NCBI GenBank assembly: GCA_025462645.1
Contig: JAOAPB010000007.1
Location: forward strand, 58,573-122,572
Reading direction: 5' to 3'
Length of the DNA stretch: 64,000 bases
Source: Edaphobacter sp.
Lineage (GTDB): Bacteria; Acidobacteriota; Terriglobia; Terriglobales; Acidobacteriaceae
In this document: positions 28,709 to 38,912 of the stretch, piece after piece
Layout: each line of letters starts with the position of its first letter
Position numbering within the stretch: the stretch's first letter is position 1
Translations under genes and position numbers: made by a program
The notes under the pieces: model-generated
Database searches by the model: none
What the model was told of the DNA's origin: nothing
The model's input: only the letters and a program-made list of their open reading frames with translations

Positions 28709-28957
28709 TTACCGGTGACGAAAGAATGCATCGTAGACGATCCATGAGATTGCTGTGAGAAAGAACGCTCCACGGAGGCGAAGGAACACAGCTCCCCAAC
28801 CGCTTCCGAATCCCTTTTCCGTCATGCGCCTGTGCCGGGGAGCCAGCCAGATGGGAAGCCTGAGATAGGCGGTTGGGGATATGAGCATGAACGCCGCATT
28901 GATGACGAAGACGAGGGCGAACAGGGCAAACGCCAGCCACCCTATCGTATGAATCAT
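28709..28957 (-). CDS. Small hypothetical membrane protein
   Basis: GGAG RBS; two hydrophobic segments; fills the intergenic gap. Confidence 0.5.
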   Translation of the reverse strand: MIHTIGWLAFALFALVFVINAAFMLISPTAYLRLPIWLAPRHRRMTEKGFGSGWGAVFLRLRGAFFLTAISWIVYDAFFRHR

Positions 28958-28995
28958 AGGAATCTATCTCCGCGTGTTGGGTGGGTCTGTAAGAG

Positions 28996-29853
28996 TCACG
29001 CAGGATAAGTGTAAAAGCCTCGGCCGGATTTGCGGCCGAGCCAGCCGGCGTCGACCATGCGGATGAGGAGTGGGCAGGGGCGATACTTCGAGTCGCCGAG
29101 ACCGGTGACGAGGACGCGCATGATGTCGAGGCAGACGTCGAGGCCGATGAAGTCAGCAAGCGTGAGAGGCCCCATTGGGTGGGCCATGCCGAGTTTGAAG
29201 ACCTGGTCGATGGCCGCAGGGGTGGCTACGCCTTCCATGACGGCGTAGATGGCCTCGTTGATGAGTGGCATGAGAACACGGTTGGAGACGAAGCCTGGGG
29301 CATCGTTGACTTCGACCGGGGTCTTGCCTAGCTGCTGCGAGAGGGCGTGGACGGTGTCGAAGGTCTGCTGCGAGGTTTGCAGGCCGCGGATGACCTCGAC
29401 CAGTTGCATGACAGGCACGGGGTTGAAGAAGTGCATGCCGATGACCTGGTCCGGGCGGCTGGTCTGCGCGGCGAGTTTCGTGATGGAGATGGAGCTGGTG
29501 TTGGAGGCGAGGATGGCTTGCGGGGGGAGGATGTGGTCGAGATCTTTGAAGAGCTCGGATTTTATCTCGAACTGTTCGTTGGCGGCTTCGATGGCGAGGT
29601 CACAGATGTTGAGCGCTTCGCGGTCGAGGATGGGGGTGATGCGGGCGAGGACTTGCGTGGCTTGATCCTGCGTGAGCTTTTCTTTGGCTGCTTCGCGGGC
29701 TAGATTCTTCTCGATGGTGGCGAGGCCCCGGTCGAGGAAGGGTTGCTGGAGGTCGCAGAGGAGGACGTTGAAGCCTGCGCGGGCGCAGACGTGGGCGATG
29801 CCGTTGCCCATGGTTCCGGCTCCGAGGACTGCGATGGTTTTGATGTCGGACAT
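28996..29853 (-). CDS. hbd: 3-hydroxybutyryl-CoA dehydrogenase
   Basis: [39 protein letters not shown]. Confidence 0.93.
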   Translation of the reverse strand: MSDIKTIAVLGAGTMGNGIAHVCARAGFNVLLCDLQQPFLDRGLATIEKNLAREAAKEKLTQDQATQVLARITPILDREALNICDLAIEAANEQFEIKSELFKDLDHILPPQAILASNTSSISITKLAAQTSRPDQVIGMHFFNPVPVMQLVEVIRGLQTSQQTFDTVHALSQQLGKTPVEVNDAPGFVSNRVLMPLINEAIYAVMEGVATPAAIDQVFKLGMAHPMGPLTLADFIGLDVCLDIMRVLVTGLGDSKYRPCPLLIRMVDAGWLGRKSGRGFYTYPA

Positions 29854-30005
29854 AGATTGTGTTGGTGCGACTTCGAAGTTTAGCAAGCTTCTTCGCTCTT
29901 CGCTCTCCGGCGCTTCGGAGATATTTTTTTGTAAGCGACCGCAATCCCTATCAAATGAGCCGTGAGTTCCGTCGATAGTCTGGCTTCGTGCTGGAAGGAG
30001 AGTCC

Positions 30006-30839
30006 ATGAATCCCGTAACAAGAGCACTCTGGTTTATCGAGAGCCACTTTGCCCAGGAGATTACGCTGGATGACATCGCCGATGTCGCCGGGGTATCGAA
30101 GTACCACATGTCGAGGGCGTTCGGTCTGGCGACGGGCGCCTCGGTGATGCAGTACGTCCGCGCACGGAGGCTGACGGAGGCGGCACGCAGGCTGGCCTGC
30201 GGCGCTCCGGATATCCTCTCGGAGGCGCTGGAGGCGGGGTATGGATCTCACGAGGCATTCACGCGGGCCTTTCGCGAGCAGTTCGGGCTGACGCCTGAGG
30301 CGGTTCGCGCACAGGGCCATGTGAACACCATGCAACTGAAGGAGCCGATCAGAATGGACGAGACATTTCTTACGAACCTGGCGCCTCCGCGATTCGTGGA
30401 TGGCAAGACGATGCTGATTGCAGGCATCGGGGAGCGGTACAACTCGGAGTCGAGCGCGGCGATACCGGCGCAGTGGCAGCGGTTTACGCCTTACCTGGGG
30501 CACATTCCAGGGCAGGTTGGCCGGACGGCGTACGGCGTGATCGGCAATACGGACGACACGGGAGAGATGGAGTACATCTCCGGCGTCGAGGTGGCAGACT
30601 TCACGAAGGTCCCGAAAGAATGGAGCCGCATTCGCATCCCGGAGCAGAGGTATGCCGTGTTTTCGCACGATGGCCACATCTCTTCGATAAAGAGGGTCTG
30701 GAACACGATCTGGAACAAGTGGCTGCACGAGTCGGGAAGGAAGGTTGCCGAGGGGGCAGAGCTCGAACGGTATGACGAGAACTTCGATTCGGCAACCGGA
30801 GATGGCGGCTTCGAGATATGGATTCCTCTCAAATCGTAA
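30006..30839 (+). CDS. AraC family regulator with GyrI-like effector domain
   Basis: N-terminal AraC HTHs ([17 protein letters not shown]); C-terminal [21 protein letters not shown]. Confidence 0.9.
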   Translation: MNPVTRALWFIESHFAQEITLDDIADVAGVSKYHMSRAFGLATGASVMQYVRARRLTEAARRLACGAPDILSEALEAGYGSHEAFTRAFREQFGLTPEAVRAQGHVNTMQLKEPIRMDETFLTNLAPPRFVDGKTMLIAGIGERYNSESSAAIPAQWQRFTPYLGHIPGQVGRTAYGVIGNTDDTGEMEYISGVEVADFTKVPKEWSRIRIPEQRYAVFSHDGHISSIKRVWNTIWNKWLHESGRKVAEGAELERYDENFDSATGDGGFEIWIPLKS

Positions 30840-30933
30840 GTCTGGAATGCAGCGCCTTCACCCAGCCCGAGTCATTTCACTACTATTCGGCGCTGGGTGG
30901 AGGTCTGCTCACGTTGGGACACTGATGCCGAGA

Positions 30934-31761
30934 CTAAGCGAAGGCGATCAGCAGGACGGTGATGTTGTCGTTGCCGCCGTGGGCGTTGGCCGCGTCGATG
31001 AGAGCTTTGCAGGTGGCGTCGAGGCTCGATTGGGTGGCCATGTAGGGGATCTGGCTGAGGATCTCATCGATGCTTTCATCGCTCAGCTCGCGGGTGAGGC
31101 CGTCGGAGGCGAGGAGATAGAGGTCTCCGGGCAGGGGGTGATGGCCGTGGATGTCTGTCTCGACCGTGGGCCGGGTGCCGACGGCGCGGGTGATGAGGTT
31201 GCGCATGGGAGATTGTTCGGCCTGGGCGGGGGTGATCTGACCGGCGCGGAGCTGCTCCTCGACCAGGGAGTGGTCTTCCGTGAGCTGCGCGAGATGGCCG
31301 CCTCGGCGGCGGTAGCAGCGGCTGTCACCGACGTGGGCGAGCCAGAGAGTGGCGGGATCGGAGGCGCGGGAGTTGGGGTGGTTGACGGAGGTGCGGGCGG
31401 AGCCGTTGGCGGCTGCATTGATGGGGGTGTGGAGGAGCGCGACGAGAGTCGTCCCCATGCCGGAGAGCTGTGGGGACTGGCGAGCCTGCTGATAGACGGC
31501 CTGGTTAGCGGCCTGGATGGCGGCGGTGAGACGGATCTGTGGCCGAGGTGGCTGCGAGCCGTTGGATGAGGGTGGAGCCAGGTGCGCGAGGAAGGTATCG
31601 GCGGCGAGATGGCTGGCGACTTCGCCACCGGCGGCTCCTCCCATGCCGTCGCAGACGACGAAGGCGCCGTCGGAGGGAGCGGCGGCGCAGACATCTTCGT
31701 TGCCGCGGCGAACCTTGCCGCGGTCGGAGAGCATGGCGTAGATGAGATGATTGGCAGCCAA
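30934..31761 (-). CDS. PP2C-type Ser/Thr protein phosphatase
   Basis: RRGNED, VCDGMGG, GMGTT, HVGDSR, TEDHS, SDGL, GGNDNIT; start approximate. Confidence 0.9.
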   Translation of the reverse strand: MAANHLIYAMLSDRGKVRRGNEDVCAAAPSDGAFVVCDGMGGAAGGEVASHLAADTFLAHLAPPSSNGSQPPRPQIRLTAAIQAANQAVYQQARQSPQLSGMGTTLVALLHTPINAAANGSARTSVNHPNSRASDPATLWLAHVGDSRCYRRRGGHLAQLTEDHSLVEEQLRAGQITPAQAEQSPMRNLITRAVGTRPTVETDIHGHHPLPGDLYLLASDGLTRELSDESIDEILSQIPYMATQSSLDATCKALIDAANAHGGNDNITVLLIAFA

Positions 31762-31860
31762 ATTTGAGACCTGGACAAACAACAGCCCGCAGAAAACAAT
31801 ACACGCTGGGACGGCGCAGACCAAGGCTACGTTAGTGTTAGGAGGGATGAAGGAGAAGGG

Positions 31861-32757
31861 ATGAACCAGATTGGGAACACCATCGTGCGGGGGAATAACC
31901 TCGACGTGCTGCGTGGGATGAAGGTTGGATCGATGGAACTGATCTATGTCGATCCGCCATTCAATACGGGCAGACGGCAGGCCAGGACGCAGATGAAGAC
32001 GGTGCGAGACGAGGCCGGGGACCGGGTGGGCTTTGGTGGGCGGCGATACCGTACGGAGCTGGTGGAGGGGACCGGGGCGGGGTATGGAGATCGGTTTGAC
32101 GACTTCATCGGGTTTCTGCGGCCACGGATGGTGGAGGCCTACCGGGTGCTGAGCGAGACGGGCTCGCTGTTCTTCCACATCGACTACAGGGAGGTCCACT
32201 ACTGCAAGGTGATGCTGGACGAGATCTTTACCGTGGAGGGCAAGGTCTCGGGGCGAGAGTGTTTTCAGAACGAGATTATCTGGGCATACGACTATGGGGC
32301 GCGGGCGACGAAGCGATGGCCGGCCAAGCATGACAACATCCTCTGGTACACGAAGGACCCGATGCGCTACACGTTCCATCTGAACGACACAGATCGGATT
32401 CCCTATATGGCTCCGGGCTTGGTAGGCGCGGTGAAGGCGGCTCGGGGGAAGACGCCGACGGATGTGTGGTGGCACACAATCGTCTCTCCCACCGGCAAGG
32501 AGAAGACTGGATACGCGACGCAGAAGCCATTGGGCGTGCTGGAGCGGATTGTGCGGGTTCACTCGAACGCGGGAGAGACGGTACTGGATTTCTTTGCGGG
32601 GAGTGGGACTACGGGCGAGGCTGCGGCAAAGCATGGGAGGCAGTTCGTGATGGTGGATGAGAGCGCAGAGGCGGTGGAGGTGATGAAGAAACGGCTTGAA
32701 AGGTACAGCCCCCGGCTGGTGGATGCGTCACCCTCCGGGAGCGTCAAAAGAGCTTAG
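31861..32757 (+). CDS. Beta-class N4/N6 DNA methyltransferase
   Basis: DPPF motif IV precedes TQKP and motif I LDFFAGSGTT. Confidence 0.92.
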   Translation: MNQIGNTIVRGNNLDVLRGMKVGSMELIYVDPPFNTGRRQARTQMKTVRDEAGDRVGFGGRRYRTELVEGTGAGYGDRFDDFIGFLRPRMVEAYRVLSETGSLFFHIDYREVHYCKVMLDEIFTVEGKVSGRECFQNEIIWAYDYGARATKRWPAKHDNILWYTKDPMRYTFHLNDTDRIPYMAPGLVGAVKAARGKTPTDVWWHTIVSPTGKEKTGYATQKPLGVLERIVRVHSNAGETVLDFFAGSGTTGEAAAKHGRQFVMVDESAEAVEVMKKRLERYSPRLVDASPSGSVKRA

Positions 32758-32788
32758 CTGCGAGCCTATTGGTTTAGGTGTTGTTGAT

Positions 32789-33715
32789 CTAGGTGTTGTT
32801 GGGATCGATGGTTTTGAAGCCGTAGGTCTCGTAGCGGGTGGTCAGCTTGTTGTTGGCTACGGTAACGACGGTGAAGCCCCCGGGTGTGCCCAGGCGAGTG
32901 CCGCGCCACCAGTTGCCGCTGACGGCTCCGCTGGTGATGTAGGGGACGCCTTTCCAGAGGACGGTCTCGTTGATGTGGGTGTGGCCCTGGAGGACACCGA
33001 GGACGTTGCGGCCCTCGAAGAGGCGGATGACCTCGTCCGAGTTGATGACGCTGAGACCGTGGTGGGGTACAGGGGTGCTGGGTACGGGGACGTAGGAGTT
33101 GAAGGCGGTGACGAGTGGGATGTGGACGGAGACGATGATCGGGGTCTTCGCAGGCAGGGCGGCGAGGTCGGCGGCGAGCCATTTGAGCTGATCGGCGTCG
33201 ATGCGGCCTTCGTAGGCGCGATCTTCGGTGATGCCGATGGAGTCGAGGACGATGAAGTGGTGGCCCTTGTGATCGAAGGAGTAGAAGAGCTTGCCTAAGC
33301 GATCTTCGAAGAGCTTCTTGCCGTAGATGGGATCGGCAGGAGTGACACCGCTGGCGGGGTAGATGCCTACGACGTCGTGATTGCCGATGGTGTGGTGGAC
33401 CTTGAGGCCGAGGTCCTGCTCGGTCTTGCCGTAGAGGTCGAAGAGCGCGAGGGCGCGCTGTTTGGGGACGGCGAGGGAGTCGAAGACGTGGTCTCCGCCG
33501 TTGATGGCGAAGTCGGCTTTGATGGTGCGGGCCCTCTTGAACGCCATGTCGGTGCCGATGGCGGCGTTGAGTTCGGGCTGGATGTGGGCGTCGGTGAGGA
33601 AGAGGAAGGTGAAGGGCTCAGCGGGCGGCGCGGCGAAGACAGAGGGGGTGATGGCAGCGGAGAGGCCGGTGGCTCCGAGGAGGGTGAGGAATTGCCTGCG
33701 CGTGGTAGAGTTCAC
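32789..33715 (-). CDS. Tat-exported calcineurin-like metallophosphoesterase
   Basis: TRRQFL signal; DAH, GDHVFD, GNHD, GHTH. Confidence 0.88.
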   Translation of the reverse strand: MNSTTRRQFLTLLGATGLSAAITPSVFAAPPAEPFTFLFLTDAHIQPELNAAIGTDMAFKRARTIKADFAINGGDHVFDSLAVPKQRALALFDLYGKTEQDLGLKVHHTIGNHDVVGIYPASGVTPADPIYGKKLFEDRLGKLFYSFDHKGHHFIVLDSIGITEDRAYEGRIDADQLKWLAADLAALPAKTPIIVSVHIPLVTAFNSYVPVPSTPVPHHGLSVINSDEVIRLFEGRNVLGVLQGHTHINETVLWKGVPYITSGAVSGNWWRGTRLGTPGGFTVVTVANNKLTTRYETYGFKTIDPNNT

Positions 33716-33771
33716 GCGATCATGATAGTCCCGTGCAGTGGCACGAAGATGAAGGGACGTAGAATCGAAGG

Positions 33772-34236
33772 ATGAGATATCTGGTGGCTCTGCTCGCAGT
33801 TGTGGGGATCGTGGTGTCGGTGATGGCGTTGCGAGTTCACTATATGGACCCTGCGCTGGCTCCGCCTTGCGCGGTGACGGAGAAGTTCGACTGCGGAGCT
33901 GTGAACCATAGCCGGTTTGCGGTGTTTCCGCCACGGACGTTCGATGAAGACCCTAAGGGCGGACATCATATTCCCGTAGCTACGCTGGGAGTCGTGGGCT
34001 ATGCTCTGATCGCCGCACTGGCTCTGATGGGGCGGTGGTGGCTGGTGTTCGAGGCGGCCCAGGTGGGGTTTCTGTTCGCAGCGTTTTTGAGCTATCTCGA
34101 AGCATACGTATTGGAGAAGTGGTGCATCTACTGTTTGTGGTCGCAAGGGATTGTGACGACGATCCTGGTGGTAACGATTGCGGCGCTTGTGATGCGGTGG
34201 CGTACTTCGCAACGGTTAGTGGAAGCAGGAAGGTAA
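33772..34236 (+). CDS. Vitamin K epoxide reductase family protein
   Basis: Loop cysteines C...DCGAV..S, active-site CIYC, TM helices. Confidence 0.88.
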   Translation: MRYLVALLAVVGIVVSVMALRVHYMDPALAPPCAVTEKFDCGAVNHSRFAVFPPRTFDEDPKGGHHIPVATLGVVGYALIAALALMGRWWLVFEAAQVGFLFAAFLSYLEAYVLEKWCIYCLWSQGIVTTILVVTIAALVMRWRTSQRLVEAGR

Positions 34237-34243
34237 AGAGACT

Positions 34244-34645
34244 ATGTGGCCCAAGGTAATTGCCCAGCTGTTTGAGTTGCTTCCGCATGTGACCCGTCTG
34301 GTGCCGATGGCGGACCGGTTTCTTACCTTGCGTGCTTCGACTGATCGTGCGACCGAAGCGGCGATGGTGGCGATGGCCGAGGGGGTTCGCGGAGACCTGG
34401 GCCAGGTGACTCAGGCCCATGCGGGGCTCTATCGGCAGCTGCAGGAGCAGAGTGCGCTGATCGTCGAGGTCAAGGAAGAGGCGAGAGGGGCGCGGCTGGG
34501 AGTGGAGTCCATCGAAGCCCGGCTTATCGCGCTGGAGCGAACGATGGCGACGCAACGGCTGACTTCGATCATCGGGATGACGCTGATGGCTGGGGTTATG
34601 ATCCTCCTGGTCCTGATCTATTTGAAGTTGAGCCATGTGGGCTGA
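34244..34645 (+). CDS. Hypothetical coiled-coil protein with C-terminal TM
   Basis: Operon spacing, heptad-like segment, hydrophobic tail. Confidence 0.65.
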   Translation: MWPKVIAQLFELLPHVTRLVPMADRFLTLRASTDRATEAAMVAMAEGVRGDLGQVTQAHAGLYRQLQEQSALIVEVKEEARGARLGVESIEARLIALERTMATQRLTSIIGMTLMAGVMILLVLIYLKLSHVG

Positions 34646-34697
34646 GAGGCCTCGCTTCGCCTGACCAATGTGCGAAAAAGCGGCGTAGAATCACACT

Positions 34698-35744
34698 ATG
34701 GGAATCAGCCGCGAACAAGCTCTGGATTGCTTCAACAGCGATGATCTGATCGGGATTGGCATGGAGGCCGATGCGGTGCGGCGCCGGCTGCATCCCGAGG
34801 GCGTGGTGAGCTACATCATCGACCGGAACATCAACTATACGAACTTCTGCACGGAGTACTGCACGTTCTGCGCGTTTTACCGGCCGCTGAAGGGCAAGAT
34901 GGCGGCAGAGGGGTACATCCTCGACTTCGAGACGATCTACGACAAGATCCGCGAGACCGAGGAGATGGGCGGCACCGGCGTTTTGATGCAGGGCGGGCTG
35001 CATCCCGATCTGAAGATCGACTGGTTCGAGGGGCTGTTTCGCGGGATCAGGGAACGATTCCCTAACATCTGGCTACATTGCCTGAGCGCCAGCGAGATTC
35101 TGGCGATTGCGGAGTACTCGGAGCTGAGTCTGCGGGATACGATCATGCGGCTGCGGGATGCCGGGTTGCAGTCGATTCCGGGCGGCGGCGCGGAGATACT
35201 GGATGATGAGGTTCGGCACCGGATCGCGCGGTTGAAGTGCAAGACGCAGGACTGGGTGGATGTCCACAGAACTGCTCATGAGCTGGGGATGCGGACGACC
35301 GCGACGATGATGTTCGGCGTGGGCGAGACGTTCGAGCATCGGGTGAACCACTTTGAGGTGGTCCGGCAGTTGCAGGAGGAGACGGGCGGATTTACCGCAT
35401 TCATTCCGTGGAGCTTCCAGCCGCAGAATACGGCGCTGGGCGGGCGTGGGTGGGATGAGGCTACTTCGGTCGAGTACCTGAAGACGCTGGCGATCTCTCG
35501 GATGTACCTGGACAACATCGAGAATGTGCAGTCGAGCTGGGTGACGCAGGGGCTGAAGGTGCTGCAGATGGGGCTTCGGTTCGGCGGCAACGATGTCGGT
35601 TCGGTGATGCTGGAGGAGAACGTCGTGAAGGCGGCGGGGACCTCGAACTGCACAACGGAAGAGGAGCTGCGTAGGATCATTCGGGATGCGGGCTTCAAGC
35701 CGGTGCAGCGGGATACGCTCTATCGGACTATGTTTTTGAATTAG
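34698..35744 (+). CDS. mqnC: Cyclic dehypoxanthinyl futalosine synthase (radical SAM)
   Basis: DRNINYTN, CxxxCxxC, QGGLHP, PGGGAEIL, TTATMMFG, EENVV. Confidence 0.88.
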   Translation: MGISREQALDCFNSDDLIGIGMEADAVRRRLHPEGVVSYIIDRNINYTNFCTEYCTFCAFYRPLKGKMAAEGYILDFETIYDKIRETEEMGGTGVLMQGGLHPDLKIDWFEGLFRGIRERFPNIWLHCLSASEILAIAEYSELSLRDTIMRLRDAGLQSIPGGGAEILDDEVRHRIARLKCKTQDWVDVHRTAHELGMRTTATMMFGVGETFEHRVNHFEVVRQLQEETGGFTAFIPWSFQPQNTALGGRGWDEATSVEYLKTLAISRMYLDNIENVQSSWVTQGLKVLQMGLRFGGNDVGSVMLEENVVKAAGTSNCTTEEELRRIIRDAGFKPVQRDTLYRTMFLN

Positions 35745-35811
35745 GTAGAATCGGTCGATATAGTAAAACCCTTGCCGGAGCTGCAACCTGTCCCCTTATC
35801 CTCAATCATTG

Positions 35812-37449
35812 ATGGCCACTCTTGGGCTGCTGCTGGCGCCGAAGGGTCTTGGGCACTACTGGAAGTCGCACTATCTGGATCAGACCTTCAGGGGCTTGTA
35901 CCGGTGGAATGCGTTCGACACGTGGCTACTGATTCCCTACTTCATCGTGATGCTGATCCTGGCGTTCTATGGGGTGCATCGCTATCAACTGGTCTGGCTG
36001 TACTACAAGAACAGGAAGAATGCACCGAAGTGGGATGAGCCTCCGGCGCGGTTTGCCGAGGGCGAACTGCCGTTTGTGACGATTCAACTGCCGATCTTCA
36101 ATGAGCAGTTCGTGATCGACCGGCTGATCGATGCGTGCTGCAGGCTGGAGTATCCGCGAGACCGGTTTGAGATTCAGGTACTCGACGACTCGACCGACGA
36201 GACGACGATGGTGGCGCAGCAGATTGTGGAGCGGTATGCGCGCGGGTTCGCGGGGATGGAGCCGCAGCCTATCGTCTATCTGCATCGCACGAACCGGTAT
36301 GGGTATAAGGCGGGTGCGCTGGATAAGGGGCTGGATGTGGCGCGGGGAGAGTTTGTCGCTATCTTCGACGCGGACTTTGTGCCTCCGGCGCAGTGGGTGA
36401 TGCAGGTGGTGGATCACTTTGCCGAACCCGAGATCGGCATGGTGCAGACGCGATGGACCCATCTGAATCGCGACTACAGCTTTCTGACGCAGGTGGAGGC
36501 CATCCTGCTGGATGGGCACTTTGTGCTGGAGCATGGCGGGCGCAGCCGGGCGGGAGTGTTCTTCAACTTCAACGGCACAGCCGGGATGTGGCGGCGACAG
36601 ACGATTGGCGAGGCCGGCGGCTGGCAGCATGACACGCTGACCGAGGACACCGACCTCAGCTATCGGGCGCAGATGGTGGGGTGGAAGTTCAAGTATCTGC
36701 AAGATGTGGAGTGCCCGGCGGAGCTTCCGATTGAGATGACGGCCTTCAAAACGCAGCAGGCGCGCTGGGCGAAGGGCCTGATCCAGACGGGCAAGAAGAT
36801 CCTGCCGCGGGTGATGAAGAGCGATATGCCCTGGCATACGAAGCTGGAGGCCTGGTATCACCTGACGGCGAACATCAGCTATCCGCTGATGATCATCCTG
36901 AGCGTGCTGCTGATGCCCGCGATGGTGATTCGAAGCTGGCAGGGGTTGTTGCAGATGCTGCTGATCGACCTGCCGCTGTTCATGGCGAGCACGATGTCGG
37001 TGTCGTCGTTCTATCTGGTGAGCCAGAAGGAGCTGTTTCCGAAGAGCTGGGGCAGGACCTTTCTTTATCTACCGTTTCTGATGGCGCTGGGGGTTGGGTT
37101 GACGATTACCAATACCAAGGCCGTGATGGAGGCGCTGTTCGGAGTGAAGAGCGCGTTTGCCCGCACACCGAAGTATGCCGTGAACAAGAAGGGCGAGAAG
37201 AGCCAGGCGAAGAAGTACAGGAAACGGTTGGGAATCATACCGTGGATCGAGCTGGCGATCGGCTGCTACTTCGCCCTGACGGTGTGGTATGCGGTGTCGA
37301 CGGAGAACTTCTTTACCGTGCCGTTTCTGCTGCTGTTCGTGCTGGGGTACTGGTATACCGGGCTCCTGAGCCTGTTGCAGGGACGCTTTGAGCGGACTGG
37401 GACGGCTGGGCAGGATCTGCATGAGAAGCCCTATCCGATGGGGATCTAG
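35812..37449 (+). CDS. Processive GT2 glycosyltransferase (cellulose synthase-like)
   Basis: QLPIFNE, DDSTD, YKAG, DAD, TED, QQARW; multiple TMs. Confidence 0.92.
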   Translation: MATLGLLLAPKGLGHYWKSHYLDQTFRGLYRWNAFDTWLLIPYFIVMLILAFYGVHRYQLVWLYYKNRKNAPKWDEPPARFAEGELPFVTIQLPIFNEQFVIDRLIDACCRLEYPRDRFEIQVLDDSTDETTMVAQQIVERYARGFAGMEPQPIVYLHRTNRYGYKAGALDKGLDVARGEFVAIFDADFVPPAQWVMQVVDHFAEPEIGMVQTRWTHLNRDYSFLTQVEAILLDGHFVLEHGGRSRAGVFFNFNGTAGMWRRQTIGEAGGWQHDTLTEDTDLSYRAQMVGWKFKYLQDVECPAELPIEMTAFKTQQARWAKGLIQTGKKILPRVMKSDMPWHTKLEAWYHLTANISYPLMIILSVLLMPAMVIRSWQGLLQMLLIDLPLFMASTMSVSSFYLVSQKELFPKSWGRTFLYLPFLMALGVGLTITNTKAVMEALFGVKSAFARTPKYAVNKKGEKSQAKKYRKRLGIIPWIELAIGCYFALTVWYAVSTENFFTVPFLLLFVLGYWYTGLLSLLQGRFERTGTAGQDLHEKPYPMGI

Positions 37450-37499
37450 GCGCTCCGTCGTCGTTCGTAGATACTCTTTACTGACTTGCCGAGGTTCCA

Positions 37500-38867
37500 A
37501 TGAAGAGACTCTCTTTGCTGCTCCTTCCTGTTGTTGCGTCGTTTCTTTCCGTGGCACATGCCCTGGAGTCTGTTCCGAAGGGTGAGTATCACTCGCGGAG
37601 AGTTGCGCTGGCCGGGGAGATACCGGGTGGGGTGGCGGTGTTATTTGCCGCGACGGAGCCGGTGCTGGACTTTATGCCCTATCGGCAGGATGAGGACTTC
37701 TACTACCTGACAGGGTGGAACGAGCCGGGAGCGGCGATGGTGCTGATCGCGGCTGCTCCTGCGGAGGCAGAGGCTCCGGGGACGGGCCTGGGTGGAAGGC
37801 CGGCGCAGGCCTATCGGGAGATTCTGTTTCTGCCTACTCGCAACGCACGGACGGAGAAATATACCGGCGTGAAGATGGATGCGGCAACGTCAGGAGTAGC
37901 TGGGGCTACAGGGTTTGACGAGGTGCTGCCGATGACGGAGATGCCTGCGGTGCTGAGCAAGCTCGCCGTGGCGGACCGCGCTCGGATGCGCAATGTGTGG
38001 GTGGAGAAGGGGTCGTCGCAGGCTCAGGCGGCGTTGGGATTTACGGCCACTACGCTGGGAGTCGCGGAGATTGCCCCGGCGGGCGATGCGGCGCAGTTGG
38101 TGATACCGCTGCGAGCGGTGAAGTCGGCTGCCGAGGTTGCGCTGTTGAAGAAGGCGGCGAATGCCTCGATTGCGGCGCAGATGGCGGAGATGAAGGCGGT
38201 GAGGCCGGGGGTATCGGAGCGCAAGGTTACGGGCGTGATCGTCGAGAGGCTGATGGAGGAGGGGTGCGAGCGGGTGTCGTATGCGCCGATCGTTGGGTCG
38301 GGGGCGAACTCGACGACGCTCCACTACAGCGAGAACTCGGCCACGATGAAGGCTGGCGACGTTGTGGTCATCGACGCCGCCGGGGAGTACAGCATGTATG
38401 CCTCGGACATTACGCGGACGCTGCCGGTGAATGGCAAGTTTACGTCGCGGCAGCGGGAGATCTACGACATCGTGCTGGGGGCGCAGAGGGCTGCGGCGGC
38501 GGCGTTTGTTGCGGGCAAGTCGAAGATCAACGATCCGATGCACAAGGATCCCGATTCGCTGGATCAGGTCGCGTTTGCCTATGTGAACTCACATGGCAAG
38601 GATCTGCACGGGCAGCCGCTGGGACAGTATATGGTCCATGGGCTGGGACACCAGGTTGGGATCGATGTTCACGATCCCTGGGACTACACGAAGCCGCTGG
38701 ATAAGGGGATGGTGTTCACGATCGAGCCGGGAATCTATCTCCCAGAAGAGGGGATCGGCGTGCGAATCGAAGATGTGTTTTACGTGGATGAGAAGGGCAA
38801 GCTAGTAGATCTGATCGCAGACCTGCCCCATGAGGCTGCGGATGTAGAGGCGGCCATGCGGAGGTAA
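37500..38867 (+). CDS. Secreted Xaa-Pro aminopeptidase (M24B)
   Basis: Signal peptide; LHY, DAAGE..YASDITRT, HGLGH, TIEPGIY, GVRIED. Confidence 0.92.
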   Translation: MKRLSLLLLPVVASFLSVAHALESVPKGEYHSRRVALAGEIPGGVAVLFAATEPVLDFMPYRQDEDFYYLTGWNEPGAAMVLIAAAPAEAEAPGTGLGGRPAQAYREILFLPTRNARTEKYTGVKMDAATSGVAGATGFDEVLPMTEMPAVLSKLAVADRARMRNVWVEKGSSQAQAALGFTATTLGVAEIAPAGDAAQLVIPLRAVKSAAEVALLKKAANASIAAQMAEMKAVRPGVSERKVTGVIVERLMEEGCERVSYAPIVGSGANSTTLHYSENSATMKAGDVVVIDAAGEYSMYASDITRTLPVNGKFTSRQREIYDIVLGAQRAAAAAFVAGKSKINDPMHKDPDSLDQVAFAYVNSHGKDLHGQPLGQYMVHGLGHQVGIDVHDPWDYTKPLDKGMVFTIEPGIYLPEEGIGVRIEDVFYVDEKGKLVDLIADLPHEAADVEAAMRR

Positions 38868-38912
38868 AGACGAGGGCTCGGCGGATGCCTTGCCCTCGGC
38901 GGCTCCGCTTGG

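Noticed and set aside
31762-32634. Long N-terminal extension of the PP2C ORF (566 aa)
   Set aside because: It is the antisense shadow of the methyltransferase; PP2C motifs start near 31740.
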